From Sphaerodactylus townsendi (taxonomy: Eukaryota): a DNA stretch of 64,000 nucleotides. The stretch lies in NCBI RefSeq assembly GCF_021028975.2, contig NC_059427.1, positions 134,106,001 to 134,170,000 of the forward strand. Reading direction: 5' to 3'. The position numbers and the translations under genes are program-made. The notes beneath the pieces were generated by a model that saw only the letters and a list, made by a program, of their open reading frames with translations, was not told the origin of the DNA and ran no database searches. This document shows positions 51,660 to 62,762 of this stretch, piece by piece; position 1 is the first letter of the stretch, and each line of letters starts with the position of its first letter.

Positions 51660-52991
51660 TCTGTTACCTATAACCGCTGTGCTGTTTATCAAGTAGTCAT
51701 TTATACAGTCATACTTCCAACCCTGTGAATCTGCTGTGACCTCATTGGATGCCATAATTTGATAGGGCTCCACCCACTCACACCATGACTTGAAGGCAGA
51801 GGGGGCAGAAGGATCACTTTTCACTCTGATACTTGCCAGAATGTTTTGTAACTGGCCTGCCCGTTCCACGTGAGTCTCAACAGAAGCCAATTAATGAATA
51901 CATTATAGATAAGAATAACCTACTTTTCATTTCATCAGTTTTTTGTAAATTTTCTTTGGATAGTTTTATTGGGGTATTCCAACATTGGTCATCAATCTGG
52001 ATATTGCATAGTAAATTTGTATAGTAATTGGATATTGTATAGTAAATTTTCTATTCATACTAAAAATACTTTAAAATCCAGAAGAACACATGAAACAGAT
52101 GCAATTTTCTTAACAATTTATGCTGACAAGAATCATGGCCATATTTTTCTGTAACTGGCTAGATCAGGGACAAACTTTCTTGCACTCGGTAATGTCTTTA
52201 AATGAAAACCCTAAATTCAGGCACTGTCATGTAAGTACATGAATAGGCAGTCATCTTTCCCCACAAACTAACAAGTTCCACTAATCTGCTTGATCAGCTA
52301 TTGGACAACTTACTTTTTCTGGTTTTATGTACTAGTTATGTAAATCAGTTTAACAACTAAAACAGGCAAGATGTCTCCATATTGTGCTTCATCATCTTGA
52401 CATCAGACTAGAAAGCTGGTGGTATTTAAAGAGGGGGGCGACAACCTTAGCATGTGTGTTTTGAGATTGATAACAAACTGTAGTTCAAGCTTTAATGACT
52501 AGAGAGGAGCTAAGAAACTTCAAAAGGTAGTGTGATGAATGTTTTTGACAATGTGTCGGCTAAATGTTAGACAGAATCTTTGTAAATCCTCTCAGTTTAA
52601 GTAGTTTAAATTGGAAGTTTTGAACTTTTCTGTCGTGAGTGTATGCTAAAGATGTCATGGTACCTTTGAGTTGAGAAGATCCATTTATTGAAAAACATGA
52701 GATATAGTCTAAGTTTGTCTCTCATGCCTGACCAAAAGAAAAATGCAACGTCTCCTACCTGATTATATTAGTAATATCCCAGTAACAATATTTTCCCCTT
52801 TTCTTTTTTTGTCCAGAGATGAGTAATTTCGGCAGTTATATAAGACCTTTGACCCACTCCTACCAAGTGTTTTTAACAGCAATCTAAAAGCTGTCTGATA
52901 TTGATTGAAAGGACTCTTCAGTAAAATAATCCAATAAAGTAATAATACTCTTGAGCAGCTTTCAGTGTCTCTCCTTCTTGGTGATCTAACA

Positions 52992-53153
52992 CAGGGGTCT
53001 GCAACCTGTGGCTCTCCAGACGTTCATGGACTACAATTCCCATCAGCCCCTGTCAGTATGGCCAATTGGGATTTGTAGTCCATGGACATCTGGAGGGGCT
53101 GATGGGAATTGTAGTCTATGAACATCTGGAGAGCCACAGGTTGCAGACTCCTG
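52992..53153. mobile_element. Palindromic hAT MITE (family of 28946)
   Basis: CAGGGGTCTGCAACC...GGTTGCAGACTCCTG; TSD ATCTAACA. Confidence 0.9.
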
Positions 53154-53161
53154 ATCTAACA

Positions 53162-53268
53162 CATAGGTGTCAAACTCGCGCCCCTCCAGATGATTTGCAT
53201 CATGCTGGCAGGGGATAATGGGAACTGTAGTCCATAACATCTGGAGGGGTGTGAGTTTGACACTTGTG
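53162..53268. mobile_element. Second, different hAT MITE
   Basis: CATAGGTGTCAAACTC...GAGTTTGACACTTGTG; TSD ATCTAACA. Confidence 0.88.
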
Positions 53269-53979
53269 ATCTAACACCTTCCCGAACAAGTTAACTTTTC
53301 ATATAGCAATAAGAGGATGATTTTTATTTTTCTGGGAAAGAGTACATAATGCAGATTTTTTTCCCAACTGCAGCTGTTGGCAAATTGCTGAGTATTGTGT
53401 CATAACAATACAATGGACAGTTTTGTACTATCACTTGGGTGTCTCTTTACATTCTTTCTGTGGCAGGATTAAGGAATGCTCATGAGGATGTACTGCTTTG
53501 TAGTTCCTGAACAAGTAGATCCTTTTCATTTATGTTGTGCCTCCGTCAAGAGATCAGTATCCTGTCAGAAGTTAGATCCTAAATGCATGCAATGCTAAGA
53601 AAGAAACTAAGTGCAGTAACGTTTGATAATACCCATCTCATTGAGAAGCAAAGTGTTACGCTCCCTTGTGGTGGTGTGAGGTTTAAGTTTTCACTATAAT
53701 GTTTTTTTTATAACCCAACCTGAAGAGCAGGTTGAATGTAATAAGAAAAAAAAATTCAGCGTGTGTTCGTTCTAGGTCCACTGTATGTCATGTTGCCGTC
53801 CTTCAGGCATTGCATTCAAAATTGTCTGTAGCCATAACGTCTGTTTTCAGAATGAGAAAATGTGAGAGAATCTTTTGTTGGATTTGTAGTTGGATTTGTA
53901 GTTCTATTGAACTAGTAGCTTAACGAGTAGTATAGTAATAATTTATCATCAGAGAGAGAACTTGTATATTTTGGTCTTT

Positions 53980-54345
53980 TGCAAAACCTGAAAAACTCCC
54001 CACCAAATAGACATATTCCATATATATTGAGAAAGATCAATCAGGACAATGCAGAATTTATCCTGATTGCCCCATTCTGGCTGAGGCAGATCTGGTTCAC
54101 AGAACTTCTGTCCAGAGTGGAGGGTGTCCCAATCTCACCCCCTGTTCAGCATGACCTCTGGCCAGATGGGTTACTGAGTCTACCAGGGAATGCTAAAAGG
54201 GCATTGGCAGGGAGTATCCTTTCAGGTTAAGTTGCATTACAGGTTAAGGTGCATTTAACAGGGTCCTACTGTCTGACATCTGCAGATCAGTCACGTGGTC
54301 CACTGGGGACCTTTGTCAAGCATTACACCATCAATCTGATGTCAA
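53980..54345 (+). mobile_element. Highly deleted DIRS remnant
   Basis: IPYILRKINQDNAEFILIAPFWLRQIWFTELL resembles the DIRS methyltransferase-like domain; CRSVTWSTG/TFVKHY resembles the recombinase end seen at 1-150. Confidence 0.6.
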
Positions 54346-54486
54346 GGCTCATTCCGCACAAGCAGAATAATGCACTTTCAAACTGCTTTCAGTGCTCTTT
54401 GAAGCTGTGCGGAATGGCAAAATCCACTTGCAAACAGTTGTAAAAGTGGTTTGAAAACGCATTATTTGGCCTGTGCAGAAGGGGCC
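54346..54486 (+). mobile_element. 141-bp Harbinger-like MITE, copy 3
   Basis: Same sequence; TSD CAA. Confidence 0.88.
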
Positions 54487-55199
54487 CAAGAAAGGAAGCA
54501 GAAGTTGGAAAATCACTGTTCCAGTCTATGGTTCAGGAAGAGGGCTGTGGACTATACCACTATATGTTATATATTATCTGTTTGTTGTACGTATTATACT
54601 CTTATTACATTGCTTTCTACCTTTGTAATACCATTATTGTCTGCAATGTAATGTCTTTTGCTTTATTTCAAATTGCTATTATCCCAGTCTTATTGAATTA
54701 CTTATTTGATGTATCATATGACTGACTGCGTTGTCTTACACTGTGTAATCTATTGTGAGTCATGGTGAGAAAGGTATACAGTAAATAATTAAATAAAATG
54801 CACAGGATGTACACTAAATAAATAATTAAATAAAAATGCTTGGGATATGGCTGTAAGTAGAATTCTTTTCCATGTGAATATACATGCGATCAAGCAACAG
54901 AGGCATGATCCCTGAGTTGCAAACACTACAATAAGATTCCTGTGGGGGAGCATATATTAGCAAAAGAAGACTTATGTGCTCACATACCTCTGGGCCTAAA
55001 TCTCTTATTATTTGTCTCCTGTTGGGTCAAAAATTATTTCCCCAGCAGTAAGATTTCTGCAGGACTATTGATGAACACTGCCCCTTTCTCTCTTTTTCTT
55101 TGGTTTGTTCTGAGTCTGCTACAACAGCATTTTTACCTCTTCGTTCCTTCATCTCTCTGTCTGTCTGTCTGTCTCTCTCTCTCTGTGTGCATTACTCCA

Positions 55200-55520
55200 A
55201 CATGACGTTACTCTCTCTCCGCTGTCCCTCTTTAGGCTTTTAAAATCAGGACTCTTCAGCCTTGCTAACAGCTCATTCTGTTCTAACCTGTTGCTTAAAT
55301 AATTCACCTTTGGTAGATTTATGACAGGCCTTTTAACCTCAACTTCTTTCTTTTTTAACATAAAGAATTTACACAAGAAAGATTTGACAGATTTCACACT
55401 AACCCCTGTTGGGGCAAGACAAATGATTGATGGGTCCCAGCCTTTTTTCTTTTTCTTTTTTTTTTTGCACACCACCCTGGCTGGGAGAAGCTGTCTATTT
55501 GCAGCCTTGATCTGAAATTG
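55200..55520. promoter_or_regulatory. Candidate intronic enhancer with clustered HOX/PBX/MEIS motifs
   Basis: Non-repetitive island with AGATTTATGA (55315), TGACAG (55322, 55385) and TGATTGATGG (55424). Motif evidence only. Confidence 0.35.
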
Positions 55521-55636
55521 CTCCTACAATTTATACTTTTAAAAAAATGCATGAGATCTATATATAGATCTCATGTTATAGATCTCATGTTGGGTCTAGT
55601 TTGGCCCTAAAATCTGGACCTTCAGAGTGATTGTCT

Positions 55637-56400
55637 TAAGAACATAAGAATGTTTATTTTTTCAGAGATACTTTAGGTTATCTTTCATAGTGTACAGGTT
55701 TGGACTGGATGGTCTCTAGCCCCCTTCCACTTTTAATTCTATGATAAGAAGATCCTGCTGGATCAGACCAGTGGTCCTCCTAGTCCAGCATCCTATTTTA
55801 CAATAGTTATCAGCTGACCTGGAGAGCAAATAGAACATAGAGACCAAGGTCCCCCCTGCTACCGCCTCCCAGTCCTGGTATTCAAAGGTTGCTGGTTCCT
55901 TATATGGTAACTCCATTCAGTCACTATGCCTAGTTGCCATTGATGCTCCTCCCCTCCATCTGTCTGCCATTGATGCTCCTCCCCTCCATCTCTTCCAGTG
56001 ATTTTCACAAGTTGCATAAAGAAGTATTTCCTTTTGTCTGTCCTGAACCTACTGCCCAACCATTTCATTGGGTGCTCATAAGTTCCATTATAATGTAAAG
56101 GGAGAAAAAAATTCTCTCAATCTACTTTCTCTACCTCATGCATCATTGTATAAACCTTTATCATGGCTGTCTTTTTTTTCTAGGCTGAAAATTCCCAGAC
56201 TCTCCAGTGTTTCAGGCTTTTCAATCCCAGACTCTTCGCGGCCTGGAAAACCCATTTAACTAGTCTTCAGTGTTCTCTCAAAGAGAAGGAGCTCCAACTC
56301 ACTAATCATCTTGGTTGCTCTCCTTTATAATTTTTCCAGTTCTACATTTTCAAGATACAGCAACCAGAACTGTACCTAGTATTGTACCTGAGGCTGCATT
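55637..56400 (-). mobile_element. Old CR1 3' portion, with a small opposite-strand CR1 tail (about 55695-55745) and an internal 30-bp duplication (55936-55991)
   Basis: taagaacataagaa tail; minus frame LGSRFRTDKRKYFFMQ; caccagaactgtac..agtatt block. Confidence 0.75.
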
Positions 56401-56515
56401 AATCCCTTACTTAATATTTCCAGGCATAGAATTTGCATTATTTTTACCACTGCTCTCCTCAAGAGAGAAATACCATTTGTAAGACACTTAAATATACAAT
56501 TGGCTCGCTAACTTA

Positions 56516-56656
56516 GGCCCCTTCCGCACAAGCAAAATAATGCGTTTTCAAACCACTTTCACAACTGTTTGCAAGTGGATTTTGCTATTCCGCACAGCTT
56601 CAAAGAGCGCTGAAAGCAGTTTGAAAGTGCATTATTCTGCATGTGCAGAATGAGCT
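56516..56656 (-). mobile_element. 141-bp Harbinger-like MITE, copy 4 (inverted)
   Basis: Reverse complement of copies 1-3. Confidence 0.88.
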
Positions 56657-58051
56657 CTAGAGATTTCATACCAGTGGTTGGCCACAGAAATATGCAGTGT
56701 GAACAGACTCTTCAGGTAACTCAACCAGTCCCCGTGAGAAGTAGTTTTATAAGTGATGCAGCTCTGAAACTGAGCATGTAGAAGTGTTTTTTATATCTTT
56801 ACATATGGCCATAATGTTTGAATCAATCCTCGGAAAGAGTTTTAATAACATATTTTGCTCCATCGGTCTGACTGTAAGACTACCTTTAAAAACTTGTTTT
56901 CTGCATAGTTTTCCCTTTAACTGACAGTAGATTCCTGGAGAGCTGTACGTGATAGATTCATCTGTTGAAAAATTGCATGGGTTAGATATCCAACATGTAT
57001 ATATCCATAGGAAAAGTGAAGGAGCCATCCAGTGGTTGCTTGATTTCATGTTCATCTTGCCCTTGATGATAATCTCTTAACTGCAGAACATTGCCTTTCC
57101 ATTTGTTTGGAAAGGACTCATTGAGACTCAGTGAATATGTAATAAAATATATAATGTGTCCTTTTTTTTTCATCTTGTATCACAAAATCAAATGAATGTG
57201 CACTTCTGTTGTTGCCGTAGAGCTTATCTCGTTTAGATTGCGAGTGCCTTTCAAAGTATGGAATATCTGTGTCGGAAAGCCAAACATTTTACTTCCTTGT
57301 TCTCTGGCCAGCACTAAGCAGTTGCAAGGTCAGGTGTAGTACATACTTTCAACTGCCTGTCATTTAAAAATGAATTTAGTGGTAATTTCTTTTAAAGTTT
57401 TTCAGCTTTAAAAATTACAAAATTAAGGAAAGGGAATCAGTAGTTGTGCCTAGTACAAGTAACAAGTTTTGCAGCTGCCATCTTCCACATCAACAACACG
57501 TGAAAGATCTTCAGGCTTAATCTGTAGTTTTGAACAGCCATCATATAAGGCCTGTGTTATAAACAGAAATCGGTAATTTTGAATTGTACATTTTAATGAT
57601 TTTCAACATGCATTTTTAATTTCATAAAATAAATTCATAGAGTCTCATTGAATACTTGACATGAATACAGTAACTCCTATTATATTAAGCTCCTAGGAAA
57701 AACTGTTGTGCTTCTTATTACAGTTTCAAATTTGTTCTTCTTGAAGAGTAGATTACTTGTATGTTAATTGTAGAAGAGGGCATGTAAGTTTCTGAGATAT
57801 CTATAGGTGTCTCTTACCTCCATATGCAGCATATTTTTTTGTGATGACTTGAATTCCCTGGAATTTTGGACAAAACCTTAGCTGTGTTATGAAGAGGTAC
57901 ATCTAAACAATCTTCATTAATAGGGCTTCAGCAGAGACATTAACTCCATTAATGGAAAAAAATGTGGATGGCATCATTTCCCAGACTGCAAAAATTTGTC
58001 CAGATAGCAAATGTGGCAGCTTTGTCTTGGGGGTAGAATTAAGAAGGATTC

Positions 58052-58385
58052 CATAAGAACATAAGTACAGCCTGATTGATACAGCATACTGTTTCACACA
58101 CTGCCAGCCAGTTGCCCTGAAGGCCAAACAACCCATAGAGACTGAGTCCCTCTCTGACTGCTGCCTCCCAGTACTTGTATTTGGAAGTCTTCTGACTCTG
58201 TATATGGTGACTCCCTTCACATGTTATTAATGTGTCTCTCCTCCATGAATCTGTCCAACCCACTTTTAAAGCTGGCTGTGCTCATGACCATCACTACCTT
58301 CGCTGGTGCCAAGTTCTACAAATCGAGTAAAGAAATGTTGTTTTTGGTCTGTCCTGAACCTATTTCCTAATAGTTTCCTTGGGTC
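58052..58385 (-). mobile_element. Old CR1 3' end
   Basis: cataagaacataag tail; ctccatgaatctgtccaacccacttttaaagct block. Confidence 0.72.
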
Positions 58386-60837
58386 CCTCAAGTATTATGG
58401 GATAAGATTTAGCTCCTCTATTTATCTCTCCATTTTTTCCCTTTTAAAATTCCCAGTGATATGGGGAAGTAGGAACCATACATTCCACCCTTTCACTGGT
58501 CCCACCACCTTCTTTGAAACTGTAATGGAGTATTTTAGCTAATGAGCATGCCAGCCTTATAAACAAAATACCCAGAAGCTTTAAAATGGTTCCAAAGGAA
58601 GGCCCCCATGTAACTGAAGTTAATTACACCGAAACCCCATTGAAATCTCTCTTATAAATGTAACTAGCTTTAGTTGAATCGGGCTTGAAATATGTAAATT
58701 GTTGCAGTTTCACATAAGCTTGAACCCCATTCTTAACAACCCTAATTATACAAATTTATATAGTAACAATATAGTTTCCTGGAATGGATAGGCAAGAAGA
58801 GGGGAAATCTGAAGCACTCGGGCAATCAAAGAAGCTCAAACATATTGTCAGTTATTTATACTATGTGTACAGGGGACTATGTTAATCTGAAAAAAAAGTT
58901 GCTGGTTATATTTGGAGATCAAGGGCTAAAACGGTTCCTTCAGGAAAAAACAGTACTGCACATGTTTTATGGAGGACTTCCATTATGTGACATGTTGTGT
59001 GTCTAATATATAACAAGATGGAATTGGGCAGATCTGAAGTTCTTTTTAGTGTTGATTAAAGTTTTTGGCATCAGCATAGGTTGAAGCTTTATAGCTTTTA
59101 ATACTTTTAAGTTAACTTCTGGCATTACTTCAAAACAATTATGCAAGATCTATCACAAATACTTCTCTTATCTTATCTGAATAGCAATTTTATCCTGTTA
59201 ATGATTTAAGCCTACAATATTCTGTCATTGTCTAAGAAAGAAGGGATTCTGTTGAATCTTTGTGCCACAAGTTCTTTTAGATACTTCTAGTGTATTCAGA
59301 ATTTTGCTACTAAACTATAAGCTATAAAGTGAATTTCCTCCTATGTTTCTTGGCTTGCAATGCAAGATGGAGTGATTCAACCATGCTATTCAGGTTCAAA
59401 ACAGATAAGACCTTGGAGATTCGTGATGGGATCTTCTCAGCAGTTTTTGAGCTGAATTGCAACTTATGAGGATCAGGACCGCAAGGGGAAATAGGATAGT
59501 TAACTATTTCATTCCCAGGCAGTTATAGAAATCAACACCACCATATTCCCACACACTATTAAAACTCTTTAATGAAGAGATAGGAAAATGGTGGGCACTC
59601 ATCTTTTTAAAAATCTAATAAGCTGTTCAATAATCATGACTTCAGAAATGCAAGGCACAATTACCTCTGAAGATGAGTTATTCATCTGCAGCATTGTATT
59701 TGGAGTGGCTGAATGCTCCATATCTAATGGATAGGCAGGGTGGAATTACACCTCCCTCTTGGAGGAAGGCATAGCTAAGCAGCAAGTTGTGCAGAAGTGC
59801 ATCAGGCACCTTGATTTTACAAGTGCCTAGTATTAATTTTTTTTCCTGCTGACACATTTTTCATGGTGAACAGTTTGGAGATTAGATATTTACAAGTGGA
59901 GACCTGCAGGAGCAGCTATCCCACTTCCTCCATCGTTGCTTTCTCCTGTCTCCCCCTTCTTTTCTCATTCTTTCACTCTTTCTCCCTCATGCCACTCCTT
60001 TTCTTACTCTCTATCTCTCTTCCATGCCTGTCATTTTCTCTCTGTTTCTGCCCCCATCACTCTTTCTCTCTCTTTCTGCCATCCTATCCTATCACTTTAT
60101 CTTTATGCCCCTCCCCCTCACCATCTGCTTTCTTTCCCCTTCCCATAACAGTGGTAGTGGCAGCAGCTCTTCTGGAACCCAATGGATGTTGAATTGTAGC
60201 AAGCAGTCAGGTTGAGTCATGCAAGTGGGTTGTTTCAAGTCCCCCAAACTGTGCCTTCCTCAGACTTCACCACAACATCTCCTGGAATTTCCCAACCTGG
60301 AGCTGCTAACCCTAGGAATGGCTCAGTGAGTCCTCTTTTAAAGACCAAAATAGCTCTGGAAAAGGCCCTGCCACCCCTTCCCCCTGCCTTTTACTCACAG
60401 AAACTGAAGCATGGAATCCTGTGGCTGCCTAACAACAGCCACTGGGGAAATCCATTGCTTAAAGCTACAGGTGCACCTTTTATCATTGTGGGTTTTTTAA
60501 AAGCCACCTCCCTCATTTACTTTTATAGATTTCACCTCTTTTTTTGCAAATCTGGGACCCTTTTCAGGCTTCTAGAAACATCTGTCTTGCCCCTTCACAT
60601 CTGTAGTCACTGGACTGAACTATCAAAACACTGTTAGAATATAAGATGAAGTAAAAACGATTATAAGTTTTAGAAAGGAAGCTCAGTGAAAGGGAGGTTT
60701 GTTGAATCTCATTTGCAAAGGCTCAGATATTGTTGACAATTATTTATTACTTCTACTACTAAATGTTGCACTCATTCAACATGGTTTGCTGATGATATTG
60801 TGAAACTTAATTTCTTCTTTGTACTGATGTTTTTCAG

Positions 60838-60918
60838 GGTTTGCAAGATGACTATTGCAGTCAGGTTCGCTTGACGGAAAAGAAATTGCAGCACAGAGAT
60901 TTTGAGACACAGGAACAG
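60838..60918 (+). CDS. CEP112: Internal coding exon of CEP112 (81 bp, phase 0-0), GLQDDYCSQVRLTEKKLQHRDFETQEQ
   Basis: Acceptor gatgtttttcag|GGT preceded by branch-like tactgat; donor CAG|gtatca; resembles recalled CEP112 VLQDELENRSNQVRCAEKKLQHKELESQEQ. Confidence 0.88.
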
Positions 60919-62269
60919 GTATCAAGTTATTTCCTGATAGGTTTCTGCTCATGGGCAAGAAAGGTATATATATATTTTTTTAAAAAAAACTTTCTTGCTT
61001 GAAGGCAAAACCACAACTTCTGCTGAAAACGCAGGTGTACTTTACATATATAATAAAAAGATTAAACTTCTTTACCCCGTGGGCAAATTAATCGGCAATG
61101 ACTTTCTCAAACTGATAGTTTAGGGGTTAAATGATGCACTGACTTTTAAATACCAATATTGCTTGTAATTTCATTTTTCAAGTATTTACTGTGGCAGGAA
61201 ATATCAAGAATGATAATGCAGTTTAACTGAATACAGTTTTCAAGTTGACATAAAGTAGTACTTGGCTATATAACTTATATCTTTGGCCTCTTATCTGATT
61301 ATGTATTAAGTCATTTGAAAAGTTGGAAACGGGTTGACAGCACTTAATACACATTCAAAAAATAAACTGTGATAGGATGAATGTTTTGAATAATGAAAAG
61401 AGAGCTTTAGATGATTTGGGTTTCTAAGTCCTGGCGAATTTTACTGTAGATTTACAGGTAATTAACTGAAAATCTTAAGCAACTGCTAACTGTTCAGTTT
61501 ATTTAAAGATCCAAAGGGGGAAGGGCTTATGATTTAAGAGAAATACTGTCATGTGCCCCACAAGAACAATAAGACCCTTCTTAAACAAACTTCAGATCCC
61601 TGTTGTTTGGCCATAGATTAGCATAGGATGTTAGTAAGTTGCAAACCCACTTATGAGGTTTTTAAATGGTGGCTTGATGCCAAAATATTCATTACATTTT
61701 TACATTATCCATTTGATATAGTGATATCAAGAATCGTTGTAATCAAGTAGTCGCATTATAAGTACTATGAATGAGTCAGTACTGTCGCTATTCAGCTTTT
61801 AACCCACGCACACACAAGAATCCTTCTTCTGTATTACATGTTCCCCTTTTATCCTTGTGTTGTCTTGTTCAACAGTGCTAGGCAACACTGACGAATAGCA
61901 AAAAGTGTCTGACCCGTTCAGAACCTGGGTAGCCCTCTCACAGTCTTAAATCAGTCACAGCAAGCCACTGCTCATGTATCCAGTCTTCCTGCCTTCCTCT
62001 ATCACCACAATTGGTGGTATTATGGTCCGCAGCAACAGAGCAGAGCAATGGAAGTCGTGGGTGACACTTCACCGGTGCCCCTGGCCAGCACTTTCACAGT
62101 GGGACGCAGACTGTTCCTCCCTTGAGGGTCATGGCACTGTGGTATTGCCACCTGCCTGCACTTCAGCACTCCGTACTACTGTTTCCTGAGATGAAACAAG
62201 GTACAAAGAAGAGGGCAGCAGTGGGCGTGGATTACCCACCTTGAATGGCAGAACAGAGTTCTACCAGAC

Positions 62270-62555
62270 CCCTCACCTTCTTACTCTGGCTCTGCGTTCC
62301 ATCAAGTCTGTGTGATATAGTGGATAAGAGCAGGTGGATTCTGATCTGGAGAACCAGGTTTGATGGTGGACATTTATCTGGTGAACCATATTTTTCCCCA
62401 CTCCTACATTCCTGCTGGGTGGCCTTGGACAGTTCTGAAGAACTCTCTCAGCCCCACTTACCTGACAAGGAGTCTGTTGTGGGGAGAGGAAGGGAAGGGA
62501 GTTATTATGCCCATTTGAGTCTATTTACGGGAGAGAAGGGGGGTGGGGTATAAGT
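62270..62555 (+). mobile_element. tRNA-derived gecko-type SINE
   Basis: gtgatatagtggataagagc...gaaccaggtttgat...gctgggtggccttggac...ctctctcagcccc...gagaaggggggtggggtataa. Confidence 0.6.
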
Positions 62556-62654
62556 CCAAATTCCTCCTCTTCTTTTGAGTAGCACAACAGTAGCACAACT
62601 GGTCAAGAAAACAAATATTGAGGGAATGGCTGGCTGGCTGGCTTCAGGTGCTCC

Positions 62655-62762
62655 TTCTGGTATATCTTCGTGGTCTCCCATCCAAATACTAACTAGAGCT
62701 AACCTTACTTAGTTTCCCAGATATGATGAGGTTGGGCTAGCCTAGGCTACCCAGGTCAGGGT
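62655..62762 (-). mobile_element. 5S-derived SINE head
   Basis: Reverse complement contains ggaaactaagtaagg...ttagtatttggatgggagaccac. Confidence 0.68.

Noticed and set aside
52984-53276. CRISPR-like repeat-spacer pattern
   Set aside because: The repeats are 8-bp TSDs around MITEs in vertebrate DNA; no cas genes.
59940-60145. Hydrophobic ORFs suggesting a membrane protein
   Set aside because: Low-complexity polypyrimidine tract giving L/S/F/P-rich translations.
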